A stretch of DNA of 64,000 nt from Gemmatimonadales bacterium (GTDB taxonomy: Bacteria > Gemmatimonadota > Gemmatimonadetes > Gemmatimonadales > Gemmatimonadaceae), in the NCBI GenBank assembly GCA_038253755.1, contig JBBSGU010000002.1:42257-106256 (forward strand), written 5' to 3'. How positions within the stretch are numbered: position 1 is the stretch's first letter; every line of letters starts with the position of its first letter. A model generated the notes under the pieces. That model did no database searches. It was not told the DNA's origin and worked only from the letters and a program-made list of their open reading frames with translations. Below, piece by piece: positions 9,711-19,193 of this stretch. A program made the position numbers and the translations under genes.

Positions 9711-11074
9711 ACCGCCGCATCCTCGTCGTTGATGACGAGCAGGGCATCCGCGCTGCACTTGGCCAGCTCCTCGAGTACGAGGGATACGAAGTGCGCTCCG
9801 TCTCGAATGCTGCTGAAGGAATCGCCGAGTATCTGAAGTGGAAGCCGAACCTGGTTTTCATGGATGTGAAGATGGCGGGGATGGACGGGATGGAAGCGCT
9901 CAAGAAAATCCGCGAGCTCGATTCGCTGGCGACAGTAGTGATGATCAGCGGGCACGCAACGATCCGAACCGCGGTGGAAGCCACGCAGCTCGGCGCGTAT
10001 GAAATTCTCGAGAAGCCTCTCGATACCGATCGCATCCTCGTGATGCTGCGAAATGTCTTCGATCACATCAATCTGCGGGAAGAGAACTCGCGCCTTCGCA
10101 ACGTTACCGGTTCGCCCTACGAGATTGTCGGCGACTCTGGTGTGATGCGCGCGCTCGTCGAGAAAATCGCAAAGGTCGGGGCGACTCCGGCGCGTGTTCT
10201 GATCACGGGTGAAAACGGAACCGGGAAAGAGCTTGTCGCCCGGGCGATTCATCGCGAGTCACCCCGGGAGGGCAAGCCGTTCGTCGAGGTGAATTGCGCC
10301 GCCATTCCAGGTGAGCTGATCGAGAGCGAGCTATTCGGACACATGAAGGGCTCGTTCACTGGGGCAATCGCGGATCGGCCAGGAAAATTCGAGCAGGCGA
10401 ACAAAGGTACTCTCTTCCTCGATGAAATCGGCGACATGAGCATGAACGCGCAGGCGAAGGTGCTTCGCGTTCTTCAGGACAACGTCATAACGCGCATTGG
10501 CGGATCGAAAGCGATTTCAGTTGATGTGCGGGTCATCGCCGCGACGAACAAGAGTCTCGAGCAGGAGATCGCCGCCGGAAGATTTCGCGAAGATCTGTAC
10601 TACCGGCTGAACGTCGTCCCCATCCACGTCCCGCCGCTGCGGGAGCATCGCGAGGATATTCCTGAACTAGTCGAGCATTTTCTCTCATTGCTGTCGGAGC
10701 GCGAAGGCTTTACGCCGCGTCGGATGGGCTCCTCTGCGCTCGAGAAGCTCATGTCGCTGGACTGGCCGGGCAACGTGCGTGAGCTACGAAACACAATCGA
10801 GCGAATGTTGATCCTCGCGACGGGTCCGGAGCTTACGGCCAGGGACGTCGATCGTCTCGCTGGCGGCCGCGTGGCGGACGATGCCGGAATGGGAAGTCTC
10901 ACGTCGCTAAAGACATTCGAGGAGTTCAAGGAAGCGGCTGAACGCGCTTATCTTCTTAGCAAGCTTCGCGAATTCGACTGGAACGTTTCCGAGACTGCCC
11001 GCGCCGTCGAAATGCCGAGGTCCAATCTCTACAAGAAGATCGAGCGGTACTCGCTCACTCGCGAACACACCTGA
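9707..11074 (+). CDS. Sigma-54-dependent NtrC/NtrX-family response regulator
   Basis: Receiver domain ILVVDDE...FMDVKM; Walker A GENGTGKE; ESELFGH..GSFTGA; WPGNVREL; C-terminal Fis-type HTH. Confidence 0.93.
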   Translation: MNRRILVVDDEQGIRAALGQLLEYEGYEVRSVSNAAEGIAEYLKWKPNLVFMDVKMAGMDGMEALKKIRELDSLATVVMISGHATIRTAVEATQLGAYEILEKPLDTDRILVMLRNVFDHINLREENSRLRNVTGSPYEIVGDSGVMRALVEKIAKVGATPARVLITGENGTGKELVARAIHRESPREGKPFVEVNCAAIPGELIESELFGHMKGSFTGAIADRPGKFEQANKGTLFLDEIGDMSMNAQAKVLRVLQDNVITRIGGSKAISVDVRVIAATNKSLEQEIAAGRFREDLYYRLNVVPIHVPPLREHREDIPELVEHFLSLLSEREGFTPRRMGSSALEKLMSLDWPGNVRELRNTIERMLILATGPELTARDVDRLAGGRVADDAGMGSLTSLKTFEEFKEAAERAYLLSKLREFDWNVSETARAVEMPRSNLYKKIERYSLTREHT

Positions 11075-11089
11075 CGAACCATTGAATTC

Positions 11090-12589
11090 ATGAAAAAGTT
11101 CAACAACTTCATCGCCGGCGCATGGGTAGAACCTGACTCAGGTGAATATTTCGAGAACCGAAACCCGGCAGATCGCAACGATCTCATCGGAATGTTCCCG
11201 AGCTCGGGAACGTCGGATGTGAATCGCGCGGTAGAGAGCGCGAAACGCGGATTTGCGCAGTGGCGCGCGACGCCCGCGCCGGCTCGTGGCGACATCCTTC
11301 GAGTCGTCGGCGATCTGCTGTCGAAACGGAAAGACGAAATCGCCGACGCGATGACGCGCGAGATGGGCAAGCCGCTGACCGAGACGCGCGGAGACGTACA
11401 GGAGGGCATCGACACTGCTTACTATGCTGCGAGCGAAGGCCGGCGCCTGTTCGGACATACTGTGCCGAGCGAGCTGCGCAACAAGTGGGCGATGAGCTAC
11501 CGGCGTCCAATCGGAATCGCCGGCCTCATCTGTCCATTCAACTTTCCTCTCGCGATTCCCACGTGGAAGATGTTTCCGGCGCTAGTGTGCGGGAACGCGG
11601 TGATCTTCAAGCCGGCCGAGGATGTTCCGCACACCGGGACGCTGCTCGTTGAAATTCTTCTCGAGGCAGGTTTACCTGCCGAAGTCGTCCAGTTGATCCA
11701 TGGACATGGAGAGGACGCGGGTGCGGCGATGGTGAATCATCCAGAGATTCCGATTATCTCGTTCACCGGATCGACCGAGACCGGAAGTCTTGTCGGCGCA
11801 ACGTGCGGTCGCATGCACAAGCGGCTTTCGCTCGAGATGGGCGGAAAAAATGCTCAGATCGTGATGGACGATGCCGATCTCGACATCGCACTCGAAGGCG
11901 CGCTGTGGGGAGCATTCGGAACGACCGGCCAGCGCTGCACTGCAACGAGTCGTCTCATTCTGCAGAAGGGAATTCACGACAACTTCCTCGGAATGCTGGT
12001 AGACCGGGCGAAGGCGTTAAAGCTCGGCGATGGCCGAAAGTCGGGCACTGACGTTGGTCCGATGATTCACGAGGCCGCCATCGCGAAGGTCGAGAAGTAC
12101 ATCGACATCGGACAGTCGGAGGGAAACGATCTGCTTTGCGGTGGTCGTCGCGCGACGGGAAGAGGTCTGGAGGACGGGAATTTCTTCGAGCCGACGATCT
12201 TTGCTCGCGTCGAAGCGGGCAACCGGCTGGAACAGGAAGAAATCTTTGGGCCCGTCTTGTCCGTAGTGCGTGTATCGAACGCGGATGAAGCGTTCGCTGT
12301 CAACAATGACGTGAAGTACGGTTTGTCGTCATCCATATACACGACGAACGTGAACGTGGCGTTTCGCGCATTCAATGAGCTGGACAACGGTATTACCTAC
12401 GTGAATGCTCCAACTATCGGCGCTGAGGCACACCTGCCCTTCGGCGGGGTAAAGCAAACCGGGAATGGGCATCGCGAGGGTGGGTGGCAGGTCTACGAGT
12501 TCTTCTCGGAGACCAAGGTTGGATATGCGGATTTTTCGGGCACGCTTCAGCGTGCGCAGATCGATAATTATCTTGGAACTCCCGATTAG
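11090..12589 (+). CDS. Aldehyde dehydrogenase family protein
   Basis: PFNFP, FTGS, LEMGGKN, GQRCTA (catalytic Cys), EEIFGPV, PFGGVK. Confidence 0.95.
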   Translation: MKKFNNFIAGAWVEPDSGEYFENRNPADRNDLIGMFPSSGTSDVNRAVESAKRGFAQWRATPAPARGDILRVVGDLLSKRKDEIADAMTREMGKPLTETRGDVQEGIDTAYYAASEGRRLFGHTVPSELRNKWAMSYRRPIGIAGLICPFNFPLAIPTWKMFPALVCGNAVIFKPAEDVPHTGTLLVEILLEAGLPAEVVQLIHGHGEDAGAAMVNHPEIPIISFTGSTETGSLVGATCGRMHKRLSLEMGGKNAQIVMDDADLDIALEGALWGAFGTTGQRCTATSRLILQKGIHDNFLGMLVDRAKALKLGDGRKSGTDVGPMIHEAAIAKVEKYIDIGQSEGNDLLCGGRRATGRGLEDGNFFEPTIFARVEAGNRLEQEEIFGPVLSVVRVSNADEAFAVNNDVKYGLSSSIYTTNVNVAFRAFNELDNGITYVNAPTIGAEAHLPFGGVKQTGNGHREGGWQVYEFFSETKVGYADFSGTLQRAQIDNYLGTPD

Positions 12590-12610
12590 AGAGCGGAGAA
12601 AACGCGGTTG

Positions 12611-13405
12611 ATGACGGCGAATGAGGAGCGGCGGTCTGCCGCACTGGACAAGGTCAACGGGCGAAAAGGCGGAACTTTCACATTCCTTTGGGAGTGGTTC
12701 CGCTCGGTCGTCATTGCCCTTGGCTTGTTCTTCGTCGTGCGCTCGTTCTTCATCGAAGCGTTCAAGATTCCCACAGGTAGCATGGAAGGCACGCTGCTCG
12801 TCGGAGATTTTCTGCTGGTGAACAAGCTGGTGTACGGGGCAGAGGTTCCGTTCACCGGTGTAAAGCTGCCGGCTATTCGGTCACCGAAGCGGGGCGACGT
12901 CATCGTCTTTCAATGGCCGGTTGACCGCACCAAGAATTTTGTGAAGCGCATTGTCGGGATGCCCGGCGACACACTGGAAATGCGCGAGGGGAATCTCTTG
13001 CGAAATGGCAGCGCGCAAAAGGAGACCTACGTCTCGCACACTGCGCCTGGATCTGACGTCTCGGATGAAGAGTTCAACTGGCAGCTCGCATATCTGCTTG
13101 GAGCGCAACATCCGGTGCACGAAGCTCCGCGATCACCGATGGCGGTGCAGACGCTCGAAGCCAGTCCCGGCTATCATCCGTCTCGAAACAACTGGGGACC
13201 GTTGGTCGTCCCTCAAGGCAACTATTTCGTGCTTGGCGATAATCGCGACAATTCCCTTGACTCCAGATACTGGGGCTTCGTTGCTGACTCACTTGTGCGC
13301 GGACAACCTCTCGTTGTCTATTATAGTTACGATCCTGACGGCGCTGTGAAACTGGACTGGCTCACTCGTGTTCGGTGGAAACGTTTCGGCGAGATGATTC
13401 AGTGA
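12611..13405 (+). CDS. lepB: Signal peptidase I
   Basis: IPTGSMEGTL (catalytic Ser), FVKRIVG (catalytic Lys), GDNRDNSLDSRYWG. Confidence 0.95.
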   Translation: MTANEERRSAALDKVNGRKGGTFTFLWEWFRSVVIALGLFFVVRSFFIEAFKIPTGSMEGTLLVGDFLLVNKLVYGAEVPFTGVKLPAIRSPKRGDVIVFQWPVDRTKNFVKRIVGMPGDTLEMREGNLLRNGSAQKETYVSHTAPGSDVSDEEFNWQLAYLLGAQHPVHEAPRSPMAVQTLEASPGYHPSRNNWGPLVVPQGNYFVLGDNRDNSLDSRYWGFVADSLVRGQPLVVYYSYDPDGAVKLDWLTRVRWKRFGEMIQ

Positions 13406-13475
13406 CGTTCCCGGCTCGCCAACTCGGTGGCAGTCAGGCATTATACCGTGGTCGTAGCGAGGAGCAGCATCAGGT

Positions 13476-14333
13476 ATGGCGGTCTCGGTAAACCGGAAGA
13501 ATCAGTACGACGAAGGTTCGCTGGATCAATACCTTCGTGACATCAGCATCTATCCGCTGATTACGCGCGAGGAGGAAGTCACCCTCGCGCAAAGAATTCG
13601 CCTGAAGGATCAGGAGGCGCTCGACAAGCTCGTGCGCTCGAATCTTCGTTTCGTGGTATCCGTCGCGAAGAAATATCAGAACCAGGGCGTATCGCTCTCC
13701 GATCTGATCAACGAAGGCAACCTCGGCCTCATCCGCGCCGCGCACAAGTTCGACGAGACGAAGGGGATCAAGTTCATCTCGTACGCCGTGTGGTGGATTC
13801 GCCAGAGCATTCTCCAGGCGCTCGCCGAGCAGTCGCGCATCGTGCGTGTTCCTCTGAATCGTGCCGGCGCGCTTCATCGCATTGGCAAAAGGGCAAGCAC
13901 GCTGCTGCAGGAGCTTGGCCGTCAGCCGACGCATCTCGAGATCGCCGAGGGCCTCGACATCACCGAGGAAGAAGTTGCGAAGACGATGTTGATCTCGCAG
14001 GTGCATCTGTCACTCGATGCGCCGATGACTCCCGGCGAGGACAACCGCCTTCTCGACTACCTGCCGGATACGACAAACCGCACGCCCGATGAGCTGACGT
14101 TCGAAAAGGCTCTGACTGAAGCGATCGAGGAGTCACTTTCCGGTTTGAAAGAGAGGGAATCGAAGATTCTCCGTTTGTACTTCGGACTCGATGGAGAAGA
14201 CCCGATGACACTCGAGGATATCGGGACGCTCCTCGGCATCACTCGCGAGCGGGTTCGTCAGATCAAGGAGAAGGCTTTGTTAAAGCTCCGTCATAATTCG
14301 CGGCGACGGGCTTTGGAGTCCTTCCTCGGGTAA
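13476..14333 (+). CDS. RpoD/SigA-family RNA polymerase sigma factor lacking region 1.1
   Basis: Region 1.2 SLDQYLRDI; NLRFVVSVAKKY; DLINEGNLGL; FISYAVWWIRQ; region 4 TRERVRQIKEKAL; 285 aa. Confidence 0.93.
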   Translation: MAVSVNRKNQYDEGSLDQYLRDISIYPLITREEEVTLAQRIRLKDQEALDKLVRSNLRFVVSVAKKYQNQGVSLSDLINEGNLGLIRAAHKFDETKGIKFISYAVWWIRQSILQALAEQSRIVRVPLNRAGALHRIGKRASTLLQELGRQPTHLEIAEGLDITEEEVAKTMLISQVHLSLDAPMTPGEDNRLLDYLPDTTNRTPDELTFEKALTEAIEESLSGLKERESKILRLYFGLDGEDPMTLEDIGTLLGITRERVRQIKEKALLKLRHNSRRRALESFLG

Positions 14334-14339
14334 CTGCTC

Positions 14340-14723
14340 TGGACACAGAGACCACAGAGCAAACAAGACTCTGTGGTCTTTTCCTTTCGGGGGAATTTCA
14401 CCGACGAAAGATTGTTGATTTTTTGTTGAACGACGGAACGACGGAACCTTTGACCGGCGGTGAGAAGGTGGACCGTAGTTCCGCAGTTAACCCAATTCAT
14501 AAGGGTTGCCTTTGCCAGGAGGCCGCACCGACTAGAACGCTGACCGTAGTTCCGCAGTTAACCCAATTCCATAAAGTCTGCCTTTGCCAGGACGCCGCGC
14601 CGAATAGAAGTTGGACCGTAGTTCCGCAGTTAACCCCAATTTCATAAGCTTGTTTTGGAGGTATGCAGCACCTCGGACGACGGCTGATCGTCGCTTCTGT
14701 GGTCTCTGTGGTCTCTGTGTCCA
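14340..14723. mobile_element. 384-bp non-coding element bounded by perfect 20-bp terminal inverted repeats (MITE/REP-like, putative)
   Basis: TGGACACAGAGACCACAGAG (14340-14359) is the exact reverse complement of CTCTGTGGTCTCTGTGTCCA (14704-14723); internal hairpin GACCACAGAG/CTCTGTGGTC at 14350-14378; no target-site duplication seen. Confidence 0.6.
14471..14647. repeat. Tandem repeat, unit 71-72 bp, about 2.5 copies
   Basis: GACCGTAGTTCCGCAGTTAACCC starts at 14471, 14542 and 14614; the intervening segments are also homologous (TGCCTTTGCCAGGA...GCCGC.CCGA.TAGAA). Confidence 0.92.
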
Positions 14724-14750
14724 CCAAGCCGTTTCCCACTAGATTGAAGG

Positions 14751-15251
14751 ATGGCCTCCCAATCCTCATTCGACGTCACTACGAGCGTCGACCTCCAGGA
14801 AGTCGATAACGCCGTAAATCAGGCACAGAAGGAGATCTCCCAGCGCTACGATTTCAAAGGATCGATAGCGGAGATCGAGTTCAGCCGCGCGGAAGGAACT
14901 CTCTCGCTGACGGCGGAGAGCGAGTACCGCATGGAAGCACTTTTCGATGCACTCCAGTCGAAGCTGATTAAGCGTGGCGTCCCCGTAAAGAATCTCGATA
15001 TCGGAGAGATCAAGCCGGGCGGCGGCGACAAGGTCACTCGCGTGATCAAACTCAAGATGGCGCTCGACGGCGATACCGCGAAGAAAGTTGCCGCCGCGAT
15101 CAAGGACGCAAAGCTCAAGAAAGTTCAGGCCGCAATTCAGGGCGATCAGGTTCGCGTGTCATCGCTTTCCAAGGACGATCTCCAGGAAGCCATGGTGCTC
15201 CTGCGAGGCAAGGACTTCGGCGTCGAGCTCAAGTTCGGCAACTACCGATAG
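14751..15251 (+). CDS. yajQ: YajQ family nucleotide/c-di-GMP-binding protein
   Basis: SFDV..VDLQEVDNAVNQ, RYDFKGS, KVQAAIQGDQVRV, C-terminal FGNYR. Confidence 0.95.
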   Translation: MASQSSFDVTTSVDLQEVDNAVNQAQKEISQRYDFKGSIAEIEFSRAEGTLSLTAESEYRMEALFDALQSKLIKRGVPVKNLDIGEIKPGGGDKVTRVIKLKMALDGDTAKKVAAAIKDAKLKKVQAAIQGDQVRVSSLSKDDLQEAMVLLRGKDFGVELKFGNYR

Positions 15252-15252
15252 C

Positions 15253-16638
15253 GTGAAGGTCGGCTTCATCACACTCGGCTGCGACAAGAACACCGTCGAT
15301 ACCGAACGATATCTGGGCGAGCTGTCAGGATATGGAGGCGAGTACACTCCCGAGCTCGGCGAAGCCGACGTGATCATCGTCAACACCTGCGGTTTCATCG
15401 ACGCGGCGAAAAAGGAATCGATCGACGCGATGATCGAGGCGGCGCGATATAAGACCGATGGGTCGTGTCGCGCTGTCATCGGCGTCGGATGCATGATCGA
15501 GCGCCACAAGGATGAGCTGATCGATGCGCTTCCCGAAGTTGACTTGTTTCTCGGCGCGTCTGAAAGCGGCCGCCTCGCGCAGGAGCTCGTTCAGCGCGGA
15601 GTGATCGGCGGAGATCCGATCGCAATGCATCCGGGCGTTCGGATGTACATGGGCGACCTCCCGCACGTTCGATATCTCAAGATCAGCGAAGGATGCGATC
15701 ACGGGTGTGCGTTCTGCGCCATTCCGCTAATGCGCGGAAAGCACCGGTCATTCTCTCGCGATGAAGTGATTCGTGAAGCACAGCTTCTCGAGCTGCAGGG
15801 CGCAAAGGAGCTGAATCTCGTGGCGCAGGATCTGGCCCACTACGGCCGCGACATTCGCGACGGCGTGCGTTTGCCCGAGCTTCTCGAGCTGCTTGTCGCC
15901 GAGACGTCGGTTCCATGGATCCGAATGCTCTACCTGTACTCGACGGGAATTACTCCGCGGTTGCTCGAAGTCGTCGCGAAGGAAAATCGAATTCTTCCGT
16001 ATCTCGACATGCCGATGCAACACGCTTCGGACGCAGTGCTTGCCCGCATGCGCCGACCCGAGCGGAAGCGCACGATTCGCGATCGCGTCGCGCGGTTTCG
16101 CGAAGCAGTGCCCGGCGTCGCTATTCGCACCACCTGCATCGTCGGTTTTCCTGGCGAGACCGAGAGCGATTTCGACGAGCTGATGGAGTTCCTCGAAGAG
16201 ATACAGTTCGATCGCGTTGGAGCTTTCACCTATTCGCCGCAGGAAGGCACGCGCGCGGCCGAGATGGTGGACGATGTTCCGGACCCGGTAAAGCGCGAGC
16301 GATTGGAGCTCTTACAGGAGCTTCAGAGGTCGATAACCGCGGAGAAGTACGAGTCCCGAATCGGAACCCGTGCTCAGTTGATTATCGATCGAATTTCGGA
16401 CGGAGTCTCAGTGGGACGTCTTCCGTGGCAGGCGGACGACGTTGACGGCGTGACATTCCTCGACGAAGTGCAGGCTCCGGGAACTCTCGCGGAAGTCGCT
16501 GTCGCCGAAGTCGTTGACGACTACGATTTCAAGGCTTCGATGGTGCGGGTCATCTCAGGCGACGCCGCTCCGAAGCCCGTGGCGCCACGCAGATCACTGC
16601 CGATGGCACCGATCACCGTCGGCAGCTATGGGAGATAG
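15253..16638 (+). CDS. rimO: Ribosomal protein S12 methylthiotransferase
   Basis: GTG start VKVGFITLGCDKNTVD; VNTCGFIDAAKKES; radical-SAM YLKISEGCDHGCAFCAIP; IVGFPGET; C-terminal TRAM-like region. Confidence 0.93.
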   Translation: MKVGFITLGCDKNTVDTERYLGELSGYGGEYTPELGEADVIIVNTCGFIDAAKKESIDAMIEAARYKTDGSCRAVIGVGCMIERHKDELIDALPEVDLFLGASESGRLAQELVQRGVIGGDPIAMHPGVRMYMGDLPHVRYLKISEGCDHGCAFCAIPLMRGKHRSFSRDEVIREAQLLELQGAKELNLVAQDLAHYGRDIRDGVRLPELLELLVAETSVPWIRMLYLYSTGITPRLLEVVAKENRILPYLDMPMQHASDAVLARMRRPERKRTIRDRVARFREAVPGVAIRTTCIVGFPGETESDFDELMEFLEEIQFDRVGAFTYSPQEGTRAAEMVDDVPDPVKRERLELLQELQRSITAEKYESRIGTRAQLIIDRISDGVSVGRLPWQADDVDGVTFLDEVQAPGTLAEVAVAEVVDDYDFKASMVRVISGDAAPKPVAPRRSLPMAPITVGSYGR

Positions 16639-17911
16639 ATCTGCCGAGATAATGCGGCGATCGGCGGAGCTTTTTCCGGGCGGAGTCAATTCTCCGGTAA
16701 GAGCCTTTCGCGGCGTAGGCGGAACGCCGGTGGTCGCAAAGCGAGGCGCAGGCGCGCGAATCTGGGACGCTGACGGCAAAGAGTACATCGACTACGTCCT
16801 CTCGTGGGGCCCTCTCGTACTCGGCCACGCACATCCGATGGTGCTCGATGCAATCGATGCCGCAATGCACGATGGGACAACCTTCGGCATGCCGACAGAG
16901 CTCGAGGTCGATCTCGCCGAACTGATTCGCAAGCGGATGCCTCATGTCGAAATGCTGCGATTCGTTTCGAGCGGAACGGAAGCCACGATGAGCGCGATCC
17001 GTCTGGCGCGGGCGTTCACCGGCCGCGATGACATTCTCAAGTTCGAAGGCTGCTATCACGGACACGCGGATTCGTTTCTCGTGAAGGCCGGTTCCGGAGT
17101 CGCAACACTCGGACTTCCGAACTCGCCTGGTGTTCCGGATGCCGTCGCGGAGCTCACCCTGACGGCGCCGTATAACGATCTCGAAATGACGAGATCACTC
17201 GTTCGCTCGTCGAAGAAGGGAGTCGCAGCGATCATCGTAGAGCCGATCGTCGGCAACTCCGGATTCATTCAGCCGGACCGCGAATTTCTGGGCGGACTCC
17301 GTGCAATCGCCGACGAATCAGGAACGTTGCTGATTTTCGACGAGGTGATGACGGGCTTTCGGATCGCGTACGGTGGAGCGATGGAGCGGTTTGGTGTCCG
17401 CGCGGATTTGACGACGTTGGGAAAGGTCATTGGCGGAGGATTGCCCGCCGCGGCCTACGGTGGACGACGCGAAATCATGGAGCACATGGCACCTGCCGGA
17501 TCGGTTTATCAAGCAGGAACTCTCTCTGGCAATCCACTTGCGATGGCTGCAGGTAAAGCGACGCTCACTGCGCTCACGCCTGAGCTGCACCTAATCATCG
17601 AGCGGCGGACGTCGACGCTCGTTGCAGGATTGATGGAAATCGCCGCGCGGTTGGACGTTCAGTTTACGGCTGGTTCAGCAGGATCGATGTGGGGATTCTT
17701 TTTCCGCGACGAGCCTGTGACGGATTTTGAGTCAGCAAAGCAAAGTGACGTTGACATGTTCAGGAGATTCTTTCATGCCGCACTCGATCGCGGAGTGTAC
17801 CTCGCGCCGTCTGCGTTCGAGGCAGCTTTCATGTCGGCTGCGCATGGAGATCACGAAATCACCGAGACGCTTGGTCGTCTGGAGGACGCTATGAGGTTTG
17901 CCAATGCGTAA
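16628..17911 (+). CDS. hemL: Glutamate-1-semialdehyde 2,1-aminomutase
   Basis: PGGVNSPVRAF, SGTEATMSA, FEGCYHGH, FDEVMTGFR, GKVIGGG, YQAGTLSGNP. Confidence 0.96.
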   Translation: MGDRSAEIMRRSAELFPGGVNSPVRAFRGVGGTPVVAKRGAGARIWDADGKEYIDYVLSWGPLVLGHAHPMVLDAIDAAMHDGTTFGMPTELEVDLAELIRKRMPHVEMLRFVSSGTEATMSAIRLARAFTGRDDILKFEGCYHGHADSFLVKAGSGVATLGLPNSPGVPDAVAELTLTAPYNDLEMTRSLVRSSKKGVAAIIVEPIVGNSGFIQPDREFLGGLRAIADESGTLLIFDEVMTGFRIAYGGAMERFGVRADLTTLGKVIGGGLPAAAYGGRREIMEHMAPAGSVYQAGTLSGNPLAMAAGKATLTALTPELHLIIERRTSTLVAGLMEIAARLDVQFTAGSAGSMWGFFFRDEPVTDFESAKQSDVDMFRRFFHAALDRGVYLAPSAFEAAFMSAAHGDHEITETLGRLEDAMRFANA

Positions 17912-19193
17912 AGCGTTATTCATTGGGATGCTGGGCGCGGTTGCATGCGCGTCAGCGATGCCGCATCCCGCGGATGCGCCTGTGATCGACGATGGCGATC
18001 AGCCAGTAAGAATCGCGCTGACTACCTCTGGCGAAAATGTTCGGGTTGGAGGAACCGGCGTCTGGCGGATTTACAACAAGAACAGCGCCGACTTCGTCGT
18101 GCGCGGCGATGCTGACGAGACGATGCACCTCCAGATGAACCGTGGTCAGCTCGTTGCCATTCGATCCAGCGGATCGGCGACGTCGAGATACTCTGGACCG
18201 TTTCTCGTTCGCGCGACGACTCCCGGGTCATTCGTCACTTTCGAGGGAAAGAGGTATCGCGGGGAGCTGATCATCACGCCGAAGGACAACGGACTTCTCG
18301 TCGTTAACCGTCTCGGTGTGGAGTCCTATCTCCGCGGTGTCGTGCCGCTGGAGATTGGCGATCGGAAGGCGGGTGAGGAGGCGGCGGTCGAAGCGCAGGC
18401 CGTCGCGGCGCGAAGCTATTCCTATATCCACATGGCTGAGGCCGGAGATCGCGGTTTCGACATGTACGGGTCAACGCAGGACCAGGTGTACGGTGGGGTA
18501 ACTGCCGAGACGCCAATCTCGGACGCAGCCGTTTCATCGACGAATGGAATGGTCGTTCGCTACGGCGGAAAAATCATCAACACTCCCTATTTCTCGACGT
18601 GCGGCGGCAGCACAGCCTCCGTAAGAGAAGTTTGGTGGCGGCAGCCGGATCAACCGTACCTCCGTCCGGTCAGCGACCATATTCCCGGGACGAATTCCTT
18701 TTACTGTGACCCGTCGCCCCGCTTCAAGTGGACGACGACTTTCGACAAGAGCCAGTTGCGCGCGACGCTCGAGAAGTATCTCGCCGGAGTGACGGTGGCG
18801 TCCGAGCCACCAGTATCAGCAGCCGCTGCAGCGCATCCCGTTAGTCTGGGAGCCGTTCGGAGCATCAGGGTCGACGGCCGCACCGCTTCGGACCGCGTCG
18901 CTTCGATATCGATTCAGACGGCGCGAGGCAACTACGTCGTTCGTGGAAATGACATTCGCTTCGTGCTGAGAACGCCGAGCGGAGGGTTGCTCTCCAGCAC
19001 ATATTTCACGGCCGAAACTGATAACGACGCATCCGGCGAAGTTTCCAGCCTGACCATTCACGGCGGTGGCAACGGCCATGGAATCGGCATGTGCCAGTGG
19101 GGCGCGATCGGACGGGCGCGCGCAGGTCAGGACTACCGAACAATCCTGACGACATACTATCCGGGAACCACAGTGGGACGCATCAACGGATGA
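17904..19193 (+). CDS. SpoIID/LytB domain protein (peptidoglycan lytic transglycosylase-like), exported
   Basis: YRGEL, ESYLRGVVPLE, EAQAVAARSY, DQVYGG, GHGIGMCQWGA, ILTTYYPG; N-terminal signal/lipobox (GAVAC). Confidence 0.9.
   Translation: MRKALFIGMLGAVACASAMPHPADAPVIDDGDQPVRIALTTSGENVRVGGTGVWRIYNKNSADFVVRGDADETMHLQMNRGQLVAIRSSGSATSRYSGPFLVRATTPGSFVTFEGKRYRGELIITPKDNGLLVVNRLGVESYLRGVVPLEIGDRKAGEEAAVEAQAVAARSYSYIHMAEAGDRGFDMYGSTQDQVYGGVTAETPISDAAVSSTNGMVVRYGGKIINTPYFSTCGGSTASVREVWWRQPDQPYLRPVSDHIPGTNSFYCDPSPRFKWTTTFDKSQLRATLEKYLAGVTVASEPPVSAAAAAHPVSLGAVRSIRVDGRTASDRVASISIQTARGNYVVRGNDIRFVLRTPSGGLLSSTYFTAETDNDASGEVSSLTIHGGGNGHGIGMCQWGAIGRARAGQDYRTILTTYYPGTTVGRING

Noticed and set aside
8942-11090. 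Sigma-54 (-24/-12) promoter near the NtrC/NtrX regulator
   Set aside because: No convincing TGGCAC-N5-TTGC site seen in the flanking intergenic regions
14471-14647. CRISPR array
   Set aside because: The putative spacers are homologous to each other, there are only three repeats and no cas genes in the window; kept as a tandem repeat
14291-14769. Short ORFs 14423-14647, 14497-14769 and 14291-14500
   Set aside because: They are translations of the DNA repeat whose unit length changes frame; no RBS or protein-like features
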